This document shows, piece after piece, positions 12,521 through 26,731 of a DNA stretch of 64,000 bases; positions within the stretch are counted from its first letter, which is position 1; each line of letters begins with the position of its first letter. A program made the translations under genes and the position numbers. The notes beneath the pieces were generated by a model that was given only the letters and a program-made list of their open reading frames with translations, searched no databases and was not told where the DNA came from. The stretch comes from Lingula anatina (Eukaryota > Animalia > Brachiopoda), in contig CM120646.1 of assembly GCA_051362555.1 (NCBI GenBank), forward strand, positions 14,880,001-14,944,000, written 5' to 3'.

Positions 12521-13074
12521 TTATCTATTTTTTTTTTGTTTGGTCAGTAGACATTAGTGATGATAGAAAAAAATGATGGGATTTTTACGACAAATCTCAT
12601 TTTCCTTGAGGACTCATTCCTCTCCTACTCATTAATCACTAGTCGACCCCTACCAATTGTATTCGATGTTTTGTACCATTTCTTATTAAATAACTTACAA
12701 TTCACAATATGTCTTTTGGTGTTGTCAGAAGGAAATATCGGCATCGGGTACTTACATTTTCTTACGGCCAGTATTGACAAATTCAGTAGCTTTGCGAGAT
12801 ATTTTAATGTAAAAATATTTGAATTACAGAATATTTCTAACGCGTTTAAGATTTTAGATCAGGTTCCCGAAACGAGCCTAACCTGTTTATTTATTTTTCA
12901 TTTTTTGCCAAAGCTATTTACATTATTTACATCCTATTTGCCACGAAGTGCCCATATAAATGCAGGGCTACTTAACAGTTTAATAGTAAAGCTGTAATTA
13001 AACTCTTTTTTAAAAAGTGGACCTTATACAGGCAGTATTATATAAAAGGAAAATATTTTATAAAGGATATTGAT

Positions 13075-13457
13075 ATCACAAAGAGAAAGCCCCTTGTGTG
13101 CACAACCAAAACCTACAGCCACAGGGCATTTTCAATTTCAGCGCCAATTTTATGGAATCGACTACCCTCACACATTCGGACTATTGATAGTGTTGAGGTT
13201 TTTAAAAAAGATTTAAAAACATTCTTATTTTCACAGTATTTTGATTAATATTTTCTCATTTTATCAGAAAAAAAAGTTTTATTGTTCAGACCATTACTAT
13301 CTTAACCAGCTTTAATTATTTTAATTGTTTTTTACCTTAGCTTTTATTATCTATATAATTAGTTGTAATCCTGATAATTTTACCTGTAAACAGCACTGAG
13401 ACGGTAGTATAGTACGGTTTTAAGAAATAAATATTATTATTATTATTATTATTATAT
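13075..13457 (+). mobile_element. 5'-truncated L2/CR1-group LINE 3' end
   Basis: 13084-13248 translates to RKPLVCTTKTYSHRAFSISAPILWNRLPSHIRTIDSVEVFKKDLKTFLFSQYFD*, typical of an L2 ORF2 C-terminus. It is followed by a 3' UTR ending in aataaa and a (TAT)n tail. Confidence 0.8.
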
Positions 13458-14532
13458 TAAAGTTTATTCATATTTCTTTCCAGACCGTATAACTTTACTA
13501 TTATTTTAACTGGTCAAGTACAGGTTGTTGTTATTTCTTTTCCCTCACGACAATCAAATATTTTTACACGCACCCATGGGTATTATTATGCAATAGAACA
13601 TTATCTTGGAGGCAAATATACACACATTTTTGTGAAATGTAATGGTGAAAAATTGCTTAGGATTATCCTAAATAAACAATACGTACATTATAACTTTGAA
13701 AATTTGGTTGTCCTGTCATTGATGATAATGTTCGAGAAATAAACAATTAAGCTACATCTACATACCCTTACATGCTATGAAAATTTGATGGTCACGATTA
13801 TATTTTCACAGTAATGTTTTAAAAAATACAGTTATTATAAATAGTTCCAAAACATGCACTGCCATTATATTCATATGATTTGATATTCCCCTTTTAATTT
13901 ACTTAAAATAGAAATGTAGCAAACATATAAAATCTTTTCATTGAAAAACACTAAATCCAATATTATAGAAAATTGTCATTTTATTCTAACAATAATTGTT
14001 CAAAGTCAAGGTGGGTTGTTGGAGCAAAATACTCCATGAAACTGATTTTGGAGATGTTTTTCGTTACAATACAATCACTATCAACATCGGCATCATCACC
14101 TTCTTAAGACAAACAAAGTTCTTAACAAGTATGCAATAAAGTTATTTTGAAAAATAGTTCAACATTTTTTCTTTGCTCTTCCAATTTTTTCTTCCAATGT
14201 ACAATCCCCATCACCTACTGTTTGTCCAGGGTTATAATTGCTTTAAACTTGGATGTCACATAATTCAATCTAGTAATAAAGTTTATCAGGTACAATAATT
14301 TCAAATCGTTTGAAAAATTATTTATGACATGCAAGCAAGACTAGTAATTAACAGTCATTGTACACATACATGATACACCACATGACACCAGTAACAACTA
14401 GACCCAGACAGTCACGTGATAAGGCCAAAACCTTAAAGATTCTGTTTCAAAGGTAAAGAACCAGTATGAGAGTACATCATAATTATCCCATCTTTATTTT
14501 AATTTTTGTAAACCCTCTCCCTGTTTTACAAT

Positions 14533-17500
14533 TCACCTGTCCCCAATCATTTTAAGCAAGAACGGCTTGATTGCTCCCATCTTGGTGTCTTGTTCATCTG
14601 AGCTAAAAATGTGGTCTTCTTTCATGGAGAGTGGGCCTCCCTTCGTATGTGTCTGCAACAGGCTCAGAAACTCTGGCATGCTGCAAAGATAACAAAAGCT
14701 CTTAACAGTCTCAACAATGATTTACTCCAGTCCGGACCTGCAAATCTGTCTTTCACTTGTAAAATAAATGAATATAAACAGCATCACTGCATGTTAGCAT
14801 ATTCATGAAAGTCTCAGAGATTTTTAGGCTACAGGCCTCTCCTGCATCATTTATTTTACATTAATAATTATATTGTGAAAAACAAAGGAGGTTTCACTTA
14901 AGAATTTGACCTCTGTGACTCGACCTCCAAGAGTAACTGATTTCTTTAGAAAGGGCAAATAAATCTTAATATATGACAAAAAATGTACATGCAAGCATAA
15001 GTATGAAGGGGATTCTGGAACACTAAAAATTTAAAAATGTTTACTTGTGTTGTTAATATCATTTTCCCCTTCCAAATATAAATATGCTTTAGGATGATTA
15101 GTCTTCATGCAATGATAACCGTATGAACGCATGTTCCATATAATTACAACTAAGGGGGTGTTGTAAAGTAAGAGTTTTCATGTATTATTTTACTATTGCC
15201 AGTACCTGTATAAAAAAGTACCATATGCAAACAAGATCATATATTGTTACAGTAGAGGAACCTTACCTTATTCTATCTGGCACAGCCTCCATTATACTGG
15301 TACAGTATGTGGCAAACACACCAGCCTGAAAGAAGAAACAGACACTATCAACAGGCTATTTTGCTAGAAACCACATTTATTATTATTATTATTATCATTT
15401 TGAAAATGCACTGCAAAGTTATTCCTACTTGCCAAAATTTGTTTTATGTGAAAAAATAAGGAAGAAAGAGTTGGACCAACCAAGTTAGTATGAAATGTGA
15501 ATCTGAATGTGGCCATACCTTCAGTACTGCAGTTAGAAGCAGCTGGAAGAGTTCAAGGTGGAGGTCACTGTGGTCAGCCAGCTGCTGGACCAGTTTAATG
15601 GAAGGAACCCAGAGATGGTACTTCAGCAGTATGTGGAGAGCCTGCACCTGGCTGGCTTGCATACCACTGAAAAAGAAAATAATTCATGGGCAAAAGTTGT
15701 GAAAACTGCAAATCCTAAAAACCAGTCTTGCAATTTCCCATTGCACCTAGCTAGACCATAAGAAAAAGATGATCAAAATGAGATTGAAAATGCTGAAATC
15801 AGGCTAATCCTGATAACTTTCACCAATGATACATAATCTTGTTATTTACAATATTATACCTGTATTACATGTATGCATTGAAGCACAGAGGCCCATCTTA
15901 GTTAATATATAAATTATCATACAGTTATGCTGTGTTAACTATAACATTTTGTCTAGTGTTCTATTCCAGCATTTAATGTTAACAATTTTTCACATTTAAA
16001 AGTATTCTACTGAGTACTGCTTTTCAAACTATAGAAACAATTTTTTAAAAAAATCATTTCAAAAGTATCAGGCAAGTTCGTTCCATCCTTCTTGTTCTAT
16101 TCTGTCATATTATTGTCAGATTCTGCTCAGATCTTACCTATTCAACACCAAGGAAGCTTGAGCAATGGCGGCACTCTCAACCTTGCCAGATCTTTCTGGC
16201 TCTCCCACACACTCCAGCGCCCTTTCATAGAACTGATGCTCTTCTTTGCGGCGCATGAATGCTGATGTGCCAGAAATTCTATCACTAATTGCTTGGGACA
16301 TTTTGACAAAGCTGATCTGGAAATGTACAGTGTTGAAACTGTTTTTTAAAAACTGCACGTCCATAGTGTATATCACAGGAATATTAAAATCTAACCGTAC
16401 TCTTTTGAATTTAAACATAAAAATTCAGTTTTGTTCATATATTAAGTGTAGTGTGTGAAAGAAAGAATGAAAACAACATTCAGAAAAAATGTACAAGTAA
16501 AAACAAATGAACTGGGAGCAGGACATACCAGCTGTTCAGGTTTCTCTGTATACAGTAATCTGCACAATATTTCAAACAAAGGGAAGGTGGAGCCACTGCT
16601 GCCTTCTTCTGAGGCAAGTATGGGGGCCCACTTTCTCAGAGCCTCTTGTGACAGATCTGGAAGACCATTCATATACTGACACATCTTACCAAAGCTAAAA
16701 GATATGACCAAATAATATATCAATCACAACAAAAAAGCACTCATTAATGTAAAATTTCAAAATCAGGAAGGTTGTTTTTTATCATTTTAAATATATCACA
16801 TGTGCAGTATCTTACATTTACATAATATATGATGCCATTTCACAGTCAAGTGCAACTACAGATCTATGCTGACAGCAGAGAACACTGTGATGCAGTAATA
16901 ATGAGTACATAATCTTTGAAACTCAGGGTTATCAGAAGTACTTGTATCAGACCGCGTTCAAATTCAAATTCAACATCACACAGCTGGATCGATCCAACTG
17001 TGCCGGAGATTCTCACTAATCATAATTCTCACTAATTACAATTCTCACTAACTGTTATCAGCTTAATTGTCTCATAAGCCTCCCTGAGTAGCCAGTCAAT
17101 TATTTAATAACTCAATACGTGTCACACATTTAAACCAATTACAGCGATTGCATCTAGGGGGTATCTCCCACAGCGTTATATCGATCCAGCTAGTGTGACA
17201 TGTTTATCTGAACCCTCCCTAAAGGTGAATCACGGTTTATAGGTTGTTTCCTCCAAGTACCACACCCACCCTCTGTACTGAGATCCAGGTATTCAATCAA
17301 TGTTTCCAGGACATCGAAGGGAAAGCTATCGGCCAGCAGCTCTAGTTGAGATCTCCGTGCCTCCAGACTGCTGTCGCCCTGAACTATGCCTACTATTACA
17401 TCCTTCAGGGTCTGCTCTCTGTGCTTCAGGGCAGGCTTAAATATACAGAACCATAGGGTGTACGTTTTCAGTTACAAGTCTTTTTAAAAATGATAAGAAA

Positions 17501-17778
17501 TGTAATTAATACAATAAGAACTGATGAACATCACACTTCAGCCATATACAGTAAATGCTAAAATGTCATTTTGGTATTTATTTTAAAATCACCACAACTA
17601 TCTAACAGACTCATAAAATAAACATGAATCATAATAAATCATGAAACAAAAAACAAACATATTAATAATTCACATCAATGATTTATCAAAGCTTCCTTGG
17701 AGAAAAATTACTTTTGTGCTTAATATCATTAACTTAAAACGAGAGTTTACAAAAAAAAAAAAATAAAATAAAATAAAA

Positions 17779-17809
<31 letters not shown>

Positions 17810-20800
17810 AAAAAGAAAAAAAAAAAAAGAAAGAAAGAAAATGGTGATATATATGGGAAGTACAGACTGCTAAATGACTTTGAGACATTTATTTCACCTT
17901 ATCATCCTTCATCAAAGCTTGCACCTTGTCTTCCAGTCTCCAGTACTCCTGTAATAGTGGACCTAGGACAGGGAAAACACAATTGTGTCCAATCTCAACC
18001 ACTGTCACAACTATCACATCTTTGATCATGAGACAGTTAAGAAGACTGCACATTATAGTATATATTGTTATTTAAAACACAAACATTCCATTGCTGTAAC
18101 ATTTATCACATATTCTAATATTGCAGCTAGTGCATCAGAGATGAAACATTTACTTGCTTCTCAATCTTTGTTTTAGCACAAATTTAAAGAGTCTAACCTG
18201 TTAAAAAGGTGAAACTTCACAATATCTTTGAAATCCAACAGATTCTAAGAACTTGTTTGTCCTTATAAAAATATACAGTCAAGCAAAAATCTTCATATTT
18301 TTTACAAGTAGTTTAATATAAAATAAACAGTAGAAATACCATAGAATGTTCTTCTTAGACAAGCAAAGCTGACACAGAAAATTATGCTGACTCACCTACA
18401 AGTTGGTTGAGTTTTGTGTGAAGTAATTTGCTGTTTTCGCTGCCATACTGTTTTTGAATCTCCTTTAAAACTGAAGACAGTTCTGGGTTGGAGCTATTTT
18501 CTCTGCCCTAAATATATTTGCTTTAATTAGAAGCTAACCACACTGTTGTTTTAAAAAATTACTTTTATCACTAAAATTATCAGGCAAAAAGGAACTACTA
18601 AATGTTGATTCAACTTTCATTCACTGAAGTAAAATTACGTACATGTTTACGTACATGTATTTTACTGTGTCCTTACACTAATCTTGACACATATTATTAT
18701 ATACAAGTAGTATAAAATTTTTAAATCAAAAGAAATGAATGCTGCCTATTTACCTGTTGTAGCAATGCTATAACTAGAGCCGGGCTCTGAAACACCTTCA
18801 TGTTGAGCAAAAGATCTTTGGCAAGATCTGTATTGGGGTTGACACATTTGGACTGAAAAGAGATTTATCATATATAAGCATAAAAACATTCCATTGCATA
18901 CAAACCACTTGTGGCACCTTTTTATTATTCTCATTTTTCAAAAATCTGTTAGAGTTAATTAAAATAAAATGCAAGTATACTTATACTGTGTAGTAATCTT
19001 TTCATTTTCTTACACTATATCTTACTGCTCATTTTTGCAAAAAAATAAATCTAGCTTATTTTCTTTAATTAATTCTCAAAATTGTTAACTGGAATCTAGC
19101 ACTTTCACTTTATATAATATTATTTGTAAAACTGAAATATTTGTAGAATTCCCTGTAACATATCCCAGTGCCATCACCTTGTAGTAATTATGTGCCTCTT
19201 CTACCACCATCTGTGCGGCCAGGTTCTGTTTCCCACACAGGTTGAGAGGGACAGCACCTCCACTGACCTTGGTCCACTGGCTGGATTTGGTCATCTTGAA
19301 AATTATAAAGAAAATGAAGATGATCAAGCACTTTCCTTATTCTTTGTAATGACCAGGTATGTGTATTTATCTTTCCCAGAAAACAGAAAGACTCAATTGT
19401 CGTTTTATCAACATTAGCCAGATTGCTGGTTACTTTTTTTTTTTTTTGAGGCTCTAATTTCACAAAAAAAAAACAAAAAAACAAAAGCTCAGTCAGGTTC
19501 CCTTGCTAAAATCTTTGTTGACAATGTTACATGATGACAGGCACAATCCTAGTCAAATAAGGATTTTTCATGAAACAGGGAGGGAGGGGTCAGGACTTGT
19601 ACTTTGCACTTACTTTTATGCCATATACTCCAGAGTTACACCAAAATCCAGCACTCTGGATTCTAGCCATGCTGTTCCACACGTCCAGAGGAGAGCCACA
19701 GGTTATCTCTGTGATATCAACCTCTTGTAAAATAGCACCATTTTGAATACTGTAGAACCTGCAATATCAAAGTATATACAGTATATATACCGGGTATTGA
19801 TAGGTACACATACTGATTGGATTTATCAGATGAATTTCACTACTGTATGGAGTTATTTTTCAAGCATTTTTCAAGCATGATTGAACTACTTTTTACAATG
19901 TTCTTCGGTCTACCAACTTCAAAATTTTGTATGATTTCAACTCAACATTATTTTTAAATGAGGCAACAGAAAAGCCTAAAATCTGATTCTCAAGTATATT
20001 ATAACAAGAAGTTTTTTCATAAGTAACCATAAAATATTTACAAATCTAACAATAAGTAATTTATTTTGCATCAGTGTCACTTTTCCTATACACAAAGAGT
20101 AAATCATACCTTAGATCCAAACTAAACTATCAAACAGTTTAATCGATTTTTTACTCCATTCCACAAGCCTTTTTCCAACTGTTTGGACTGATCACAATTA
20201 ATCTGATCAATGAGCTCAATGATCTAAAGAAATGGCTTTCTCAAGCATGGGGGCTCCATTTAGATGGGTCTCTCACACACTAAGTCTGCATTCAATTAAT
20301 TTGTGCTTATAGGACTTATAATGTTTTAATGTCCCACTAATGTTACAAATTTAAACAGAAAAGTGTGCTGTACAATGTGAAAATGACCCCAAATAGCACT
20401 CACCTTAAACATTTTGTATTCACAGCCACAACTGCACATCTGTATATCAGCCAGTGAGAGCCATGAACACCCTCCATGGTGCACAGCTGACATCCCGCTT
20501 TCATGTCTGGAAGATGACACAAACTTTCACCATGTACTGAACAGTGCTGATTATTTTACAGCAGAAATTAAGATCATTTTAACAAGCAAATGACGGTTGA
20601 GTGATTCATTAGTTTCCCCCTTGTCAAACCACTTTTTACAAGATGGTATAGATAAGATGACAGTTTAAATGGATGAGGATTGAGCTTGGTGTCTTTTCAC
20701 TGATCTTAGCATTTCTGCAAAGTGATAAATCTCAACTTAAAACTTTCAGAAATTAGCCAGCTGAAATCAATGCTTTCTAATCATTGGTTGTTTTTTTACA

Positions 20801-21337
20801 CCACTAAATACTGTGTGTATATATACCTTCCTCTTCACAGACTATCCATGTTGAGCCATCATGGTAGAGCAGATGAGTTGCCTTGGTAACAGGATGAATC
20901 ATGTGACCTTCTATTTGAGGGAGGTCTCTGGTCTGAAATTGTTCGAAACTGTATGATGGGATTCTAAAACTGCTGCCATAGTGTAAGCCTGTTGCATTTT
21001 AGTAAAACCATTCTCTCAGATTGACTACTAAAATCCGAAATAATTTTATCTTAATATAATTTTTTTAATATAACTTTAATAAGTTCTATTAGCACACTCA
21101 ATTAGCAAACTCATAGAGTATCAATGGCAATTAATAGCTTTGGTCTGCAAAATAAAATAAATAAAATGAACAAATAAAATTATAATAAAAAATAAATAAA
21201 TAAAATTCCAAGTCTAAAATAACCGTTTTGCTTTATTATATATTATTTTAATACCTAGTTGTCAATATCTCAAAGACAACAATACACTGATCAATAAAAG
21301 GTTTCCTTTTTACATCAATACTTTTTAAATTTTAAAA

Positions 21338-21386
<49 letters not shown>

Positions 21387-21559
21387 CACACAACCCACCT
21401 GGCACCATATTCCCAGCAGCCTGTACACACTGTCTTTATATTGCACTGGTTGTGTGACTCTGTCATCTGTGTGGACACATCCATTGGGCAAGATGTGACT
21501 TTGTAGAGTGCTGGTCTGGTGAAACCACTTGAAAAACAAACCTTGAGGACCAGGACACC

Positions 21560-21619
<60 letters not shown>

Positions 21620-24600
21620 TTCAACTTACATTGTTACATTATGAATTGATTATATTGTTCAGTTGATTAGACAATGAAGAGATTTCCCACGGGGATTAAG
21701 CAACAAGCATTCAAGTGGGATGTATTTGATCGGCAGTTCTCTTAGTCCACTGTTCTGAATGTTCTTATTCATGTACTTACTCAGGCCATACAATAAGGCA
21801 GTCCTTCCCAGGCAGAAGTCTGCAGTTTGGAGAACCCTCTAATATGGTGACTGTGGCCCCCACTGTGCTCCTGTTTACAGGCTCTGACTCTGAAGCAAAA
21901 ACATTGATCATATTACATTGGTATTCAACAGTATTCTAATATAATACACCCCCTCCCTCCCTCTCTCTCTCTCTCTCTGTGGGGGTGGGGGGGGGGGGCA
22001 TGTCTCACAACATAACATATCAACTAAACTATCTTCATATGAAATATTTACTAGTACACATATCAGACAATATATAGTACAATATTGTACTTTTAATTTA
22101 ACTATTATGCATCTACTGTAATTTTCAACATCAGTTTTCAATGAAGTAGTAAGCAATCTCACACTCAGGCTATTACAGTGGCAATCTTACTGCCTTTACA
22201 GCATTATCGTTCATTAGCATTATATTAACATGACAGTATTTATAGTACAAATTGCAATCCTTAAAAAATTCAACATAAAAAGTGTCTTAAATATGTTTGA
22301 TAATGACCACACAGACAAATAACATATACATGTATAAACAAACCCACACCTGTACCTGTAAATTTTTCAAAAGCAAAAGATATTTGTTTAGCCCAAATAT
22401 ACACAGAATGATGACTTCATTTTTTTTTTTATTTTGTGTTATTAAACAAACCTGGGGGTAAAGTTTTTTTGCAGATGTTAAAGCTTGCTGCCTCCCCTGT
22501 GCCATGTCTTTCACACCAATATATTGTGTTATGAAGGTCATGCAAGGTTACACTTATGACCTTGACCTCTGGGTCATGACCTTCCAAAAGTTCAAAGTCT
22601 CCCACTTTGATCCATGTGAACTTATTATCAAGGTTGAACTGCCAAACATCAACAGCACCATTAGCAAATATCTAAAAACACAATATTATAGCTATTAAAA
22701 CAACAGAACCATCTAACATGAAAAAAAAAGTATTATTCAGGGAATTTTTCTAAGTTAATTAATGACTCATTTCTGTGTCCATTTTATATGGATTGTCTTT
22801 CTACCCCATTTTGGGAATGTAATGATGTTGGGATTAAATCTCCAATTTTATTTTTTGGACTGGATAAAGGGAGTATATCTTACCTGTACAAGTACTAGTC
22901 ATTTATAAAACTCAAATAACTTAAACACATGTATGTGAAAGGAACTTACCAGTAGTACCGGTATATGTATCTTACTGAATGGTTATCCATATCTTATATT
23001 GAACTGTAAAAAAGCCTTCCATAGATACTTACTATTATCACAAGTGATGGTTTCTTTTTGATATACAACATATCAACAATGGCATCAGCTGTACTTGGAA
23101 TATCTAAGCTTCCCAGCCTTGATAATGCCTGGAAATTATAAATGACACCAGTCCAATTGAAACTATGAATGTTTTTTGTGAGAATTTAGTTATTTTTTTA
23201 ACATTTCTAGAAAAGTTATGAATAATTTTTGTTAGATTTAGATTATTTTTTAAATGTTTCTGGAAAAATTGACTCTCCATACTTCTCTCCTACCAACAGA
23301 TTTCAATACATGAATATGCCTTAAGATTAGCTGGAGAAAGCACCATTCTGAATCAAGATTTTACCTAATACACTAGGTTCTATGAACACATAAATTTACT
23401 AGTAACAAGGCTCCATTTTTTAAGAAAAAATATCCCTTTAAAACTGATGCCTGCAAGTGGAGAAAGTAAAAGTACATGTAGCATGGGAATTTACCACAGA
23501 GTGGGTTCTTTGAAAAGCCGATGGTTCACTTAATATTTTATATCACCAGAAAGCTTGAATCCTCTTCTTTTGAACAGTGACTGAGAGTAATCAAAATATA
23601 TCATGGTGAAAGAAAATTGCACTTATAAACTTTGGACATGTTTGTCTTCACTGCCCAACAAAACTTCATACAGTTATGCCTTCATTCAGTTTGTAGACAT
23701 TATATAGCTCTAGGTTTAATAATTACTGCAGATGGGAACAAATTATATTTTAATTCACCAAATAAGGAAACAGAGTTTCTCAGCATAGTATTCCAGATTC
23801 GGATTAATTTTTTTTGTAACCTATGTACAAAATGTATTTACAAAGAAACTTGACAAAATAATAAAAAGTAAACAAATGTTTGTTTAAGTCAGGGAATCTA
23901 TTCTTTCTTACTAGTAAATTAAGTCAGTGACTTTTCCTAAATTTTAAACTAAATCTTTCCATATGTGAAATGTTGCTCACATTGAGTAGGCCTAATATTT
24001 GGGTGCTGATGAATATAACTTGGTAGAAATTTGTCTCTACACTTCTTTATAGCATTATCTGAGGGTACAATTGAATGAATAGGAAAACTTGTCTTCCAAA
24101 CCATGTTTGCTATACTAGTACATGGGACATAATCTAGGTATATTTTACCATTTACGAGTTTCTATAGGTAATTTGGTATTAAAGGTTTTAAATGCACAAT
24201 TGCCAAATTACTAGTAGATGGTATTGCTGCATGGTATTATTCTATTTTAAATTTAATTCTATTTTAAATTAGTGTTTAAGTGAATTTTATACAGCTACCT
24301 TTCTTTTCCAAAATTGAAAGTTTATATATTTTACTTTTTTCAACCAGCGGATGTCTGTTCCATTAAATTTTTTAATTTCCACGTATAAGTAAAACCACAT
24401 TCATTGAAAATACTGGTACTATTGACATATTAATCACTCCATGGTGTTTTTAATAATTTATAAAAGACAAAATATAACCCAATTTATTGCTCGGCTTGTT
24501 ATGTTATGTTCTTGAAAAATGTATCCCTAGATATTTATATGTTTTTAAAAATATCTAATTCTTTTCCTCCATTTGAAAAATCTACATTTTTTGGTTGTTT

Positions 24601-26690
24601 GCCTTTCCCAAACTCAGTAGTTTTATTACTGTTTACTTTTATGTGACATACTGTAGGTTATAATACATGTAGTGCTCAAACAGTAAGCAGCTTTTGCAGT
24701 TCAGTTAGTCATGCCATTTACATTACAGTGCAAAAAAGAAACAAAAAGTTTTAGGTACACATTCAGATCTGTTTTAAAAATTGTGGTAAGGTTTTCCAAG
24801 CCCTTACTTTTGTGTAATTCTAAAAATTCTTCTAGGTCATTTAGAAACATTGAGAACATGAATGGTGAAGGGTTTTAGCCAGGCATCCTCCACTGTTACA
24901 TATTGAAGTATCTGAGATTTCAGTATCTTTTACAGCTTTTGCATTTAAGTTAACATCTCTGTTATACATGTACATTAGCAATCAATTTAAAAACATCTGC
25001 CATCTATACTGGTCACTAACATGTAAGTTTGTTCCATAACCCCATAGTCTCCATATATACAGTACTATCAAATGCCTTAATTTTCAAATCTATGAATGCA
25101 CAATGATTTTTAATGTACATGTACATGTGTAGTTTTGATACTTCTATTAGACAATTAAGACTCTGATTATACATGCCATCATGCAGTACCTGTGGTAGGG
25201 AAGTTGGCAGCACATCAAATGTGTACAGGATATGCCCATCTTGAACTGTAACAAACAGGTGGCCTGGAGTGAAGTACACCTTGTGAACTGGGCCTTTTTT
25301 CCCTGCAACCACTCCTTCCAGCAACTGTAAAATACTGCATATTTACTACTAATAAATGCACACTGCACTAGCATGTGTCTAATCTATAAGTGTACTCATG
25401 CTACTGCTATACCAGGGTACATGCACAATGTATAGTACAGGCCGGGGCAGATCCAGAGATATTTCCTGACAGCGTCTTCCAAATTTTCTTTGTTGATCCA
25501 TCTTCCATTTTTGACCGTCTTCCAACAATAAAGAATTAGATACCTGTCAAAGTAATTTTGAAAATCTGACCATCTTCCAAAAGACTCAGAAGACAGCCTC
25601 CATGTTTAGTATATAAACATCTCTTTCCAGCTTTCTAGACGTATCTATTAAGTCTTAGCTCTCCCACTGGAGTGTTATCAGGAAGTATTAATGTACAAAT
25701 ATACTGTATAGAGATACTGATGCTATAAAGAAAAGAAGTGTTATGTGCATATATAACAGAGACATTCAGAGTTCAAAAGGGTGCTTTAGAGTGACTTGTA
25801 GTAGTGCTGTAAGTTCTAGGCTACCTGCCACATGGTTGCATGAGAGCGATATAGCGATACCAGTCAGAGACATCTAATGAGGTTCTGACGCTTTCTATAG
25901 AAGGGCGCCATGGTGTATTTCTTTTTGTCAGGGATCCATTTCACTGGACCAGTGTCCAGGAAAAGAAAAAAAAATCCATTTTTTTTCTATTGAGTGTTAG
26001 AGTGTAGGGATTTGGGCTCTGGGAGGGTCTATCAGTAGTACAGTAAATAAGGTAATTTTACTTTAATGTTTCTGCAGATGTAAATGGGGCAAATGAAGGA
26101 GAGCAGGGAAGGAAGGCAATAATACAGCGGGGGGGGGGGGGGGGGGGGTGGAGACACAGCGTGAGGGAATACCAGTAAGCGGTGCCATTAGGTGATGCGT
26201 TTCATATGTATTACGCCCTATAATCCCAGATAGCATGCATACGTTGGGCCAACGTTGGGGAATGGTTGGTTTGTTGGCACATAGTTGGCGTTGGCAGTAT
26301 TACGTTGGCCCAACGTTGGCCCAACTACATCATTTTATGCATAACGTAACTGCAATATGCACACGTTGTGCCAACGTTGGGCCAACGTAGTCAACGTATG
26401 CAATTAACAACCCAATAATTAATTTGAAAGTGTTTCTGTTCACAACTGAGAAGCACATATACTTATCTTTTGATCATATACATAGAGTTATTAGGCTTAA
26501 AAGAAACATATATATATATTTTTTATTTTTTTTTCATTATGAGTTTAAATTCCTTGCGTTAAAATCAGTTTTCTGCTTTAATTTATCCTCCAAGCAATAA
26601 ACATTCCACATAGTACTACTACAAGTACTTCACCTATATAAAGAACTGAATGAAAAAAAATTTTTTTCCAATAATGCTGCGAAAACATTA

Positions 26691-26731
<41 letters not shown>

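Noticed and set aside
12557-12997. 146-aa ORF, the longest in the track
   Set aside because: AT-rich, GTG start, no recognisable motifs; likely a chance ORF in 3' UTR or intergenic DNA.
22535-22585. Cluster of AGGTCA/TGACCT nuclear-receptor half sites
   Set aside because: Lies within HPS6 coding exon 4 (EGHDPEVKVISVTLHDL) and is explained by codons.
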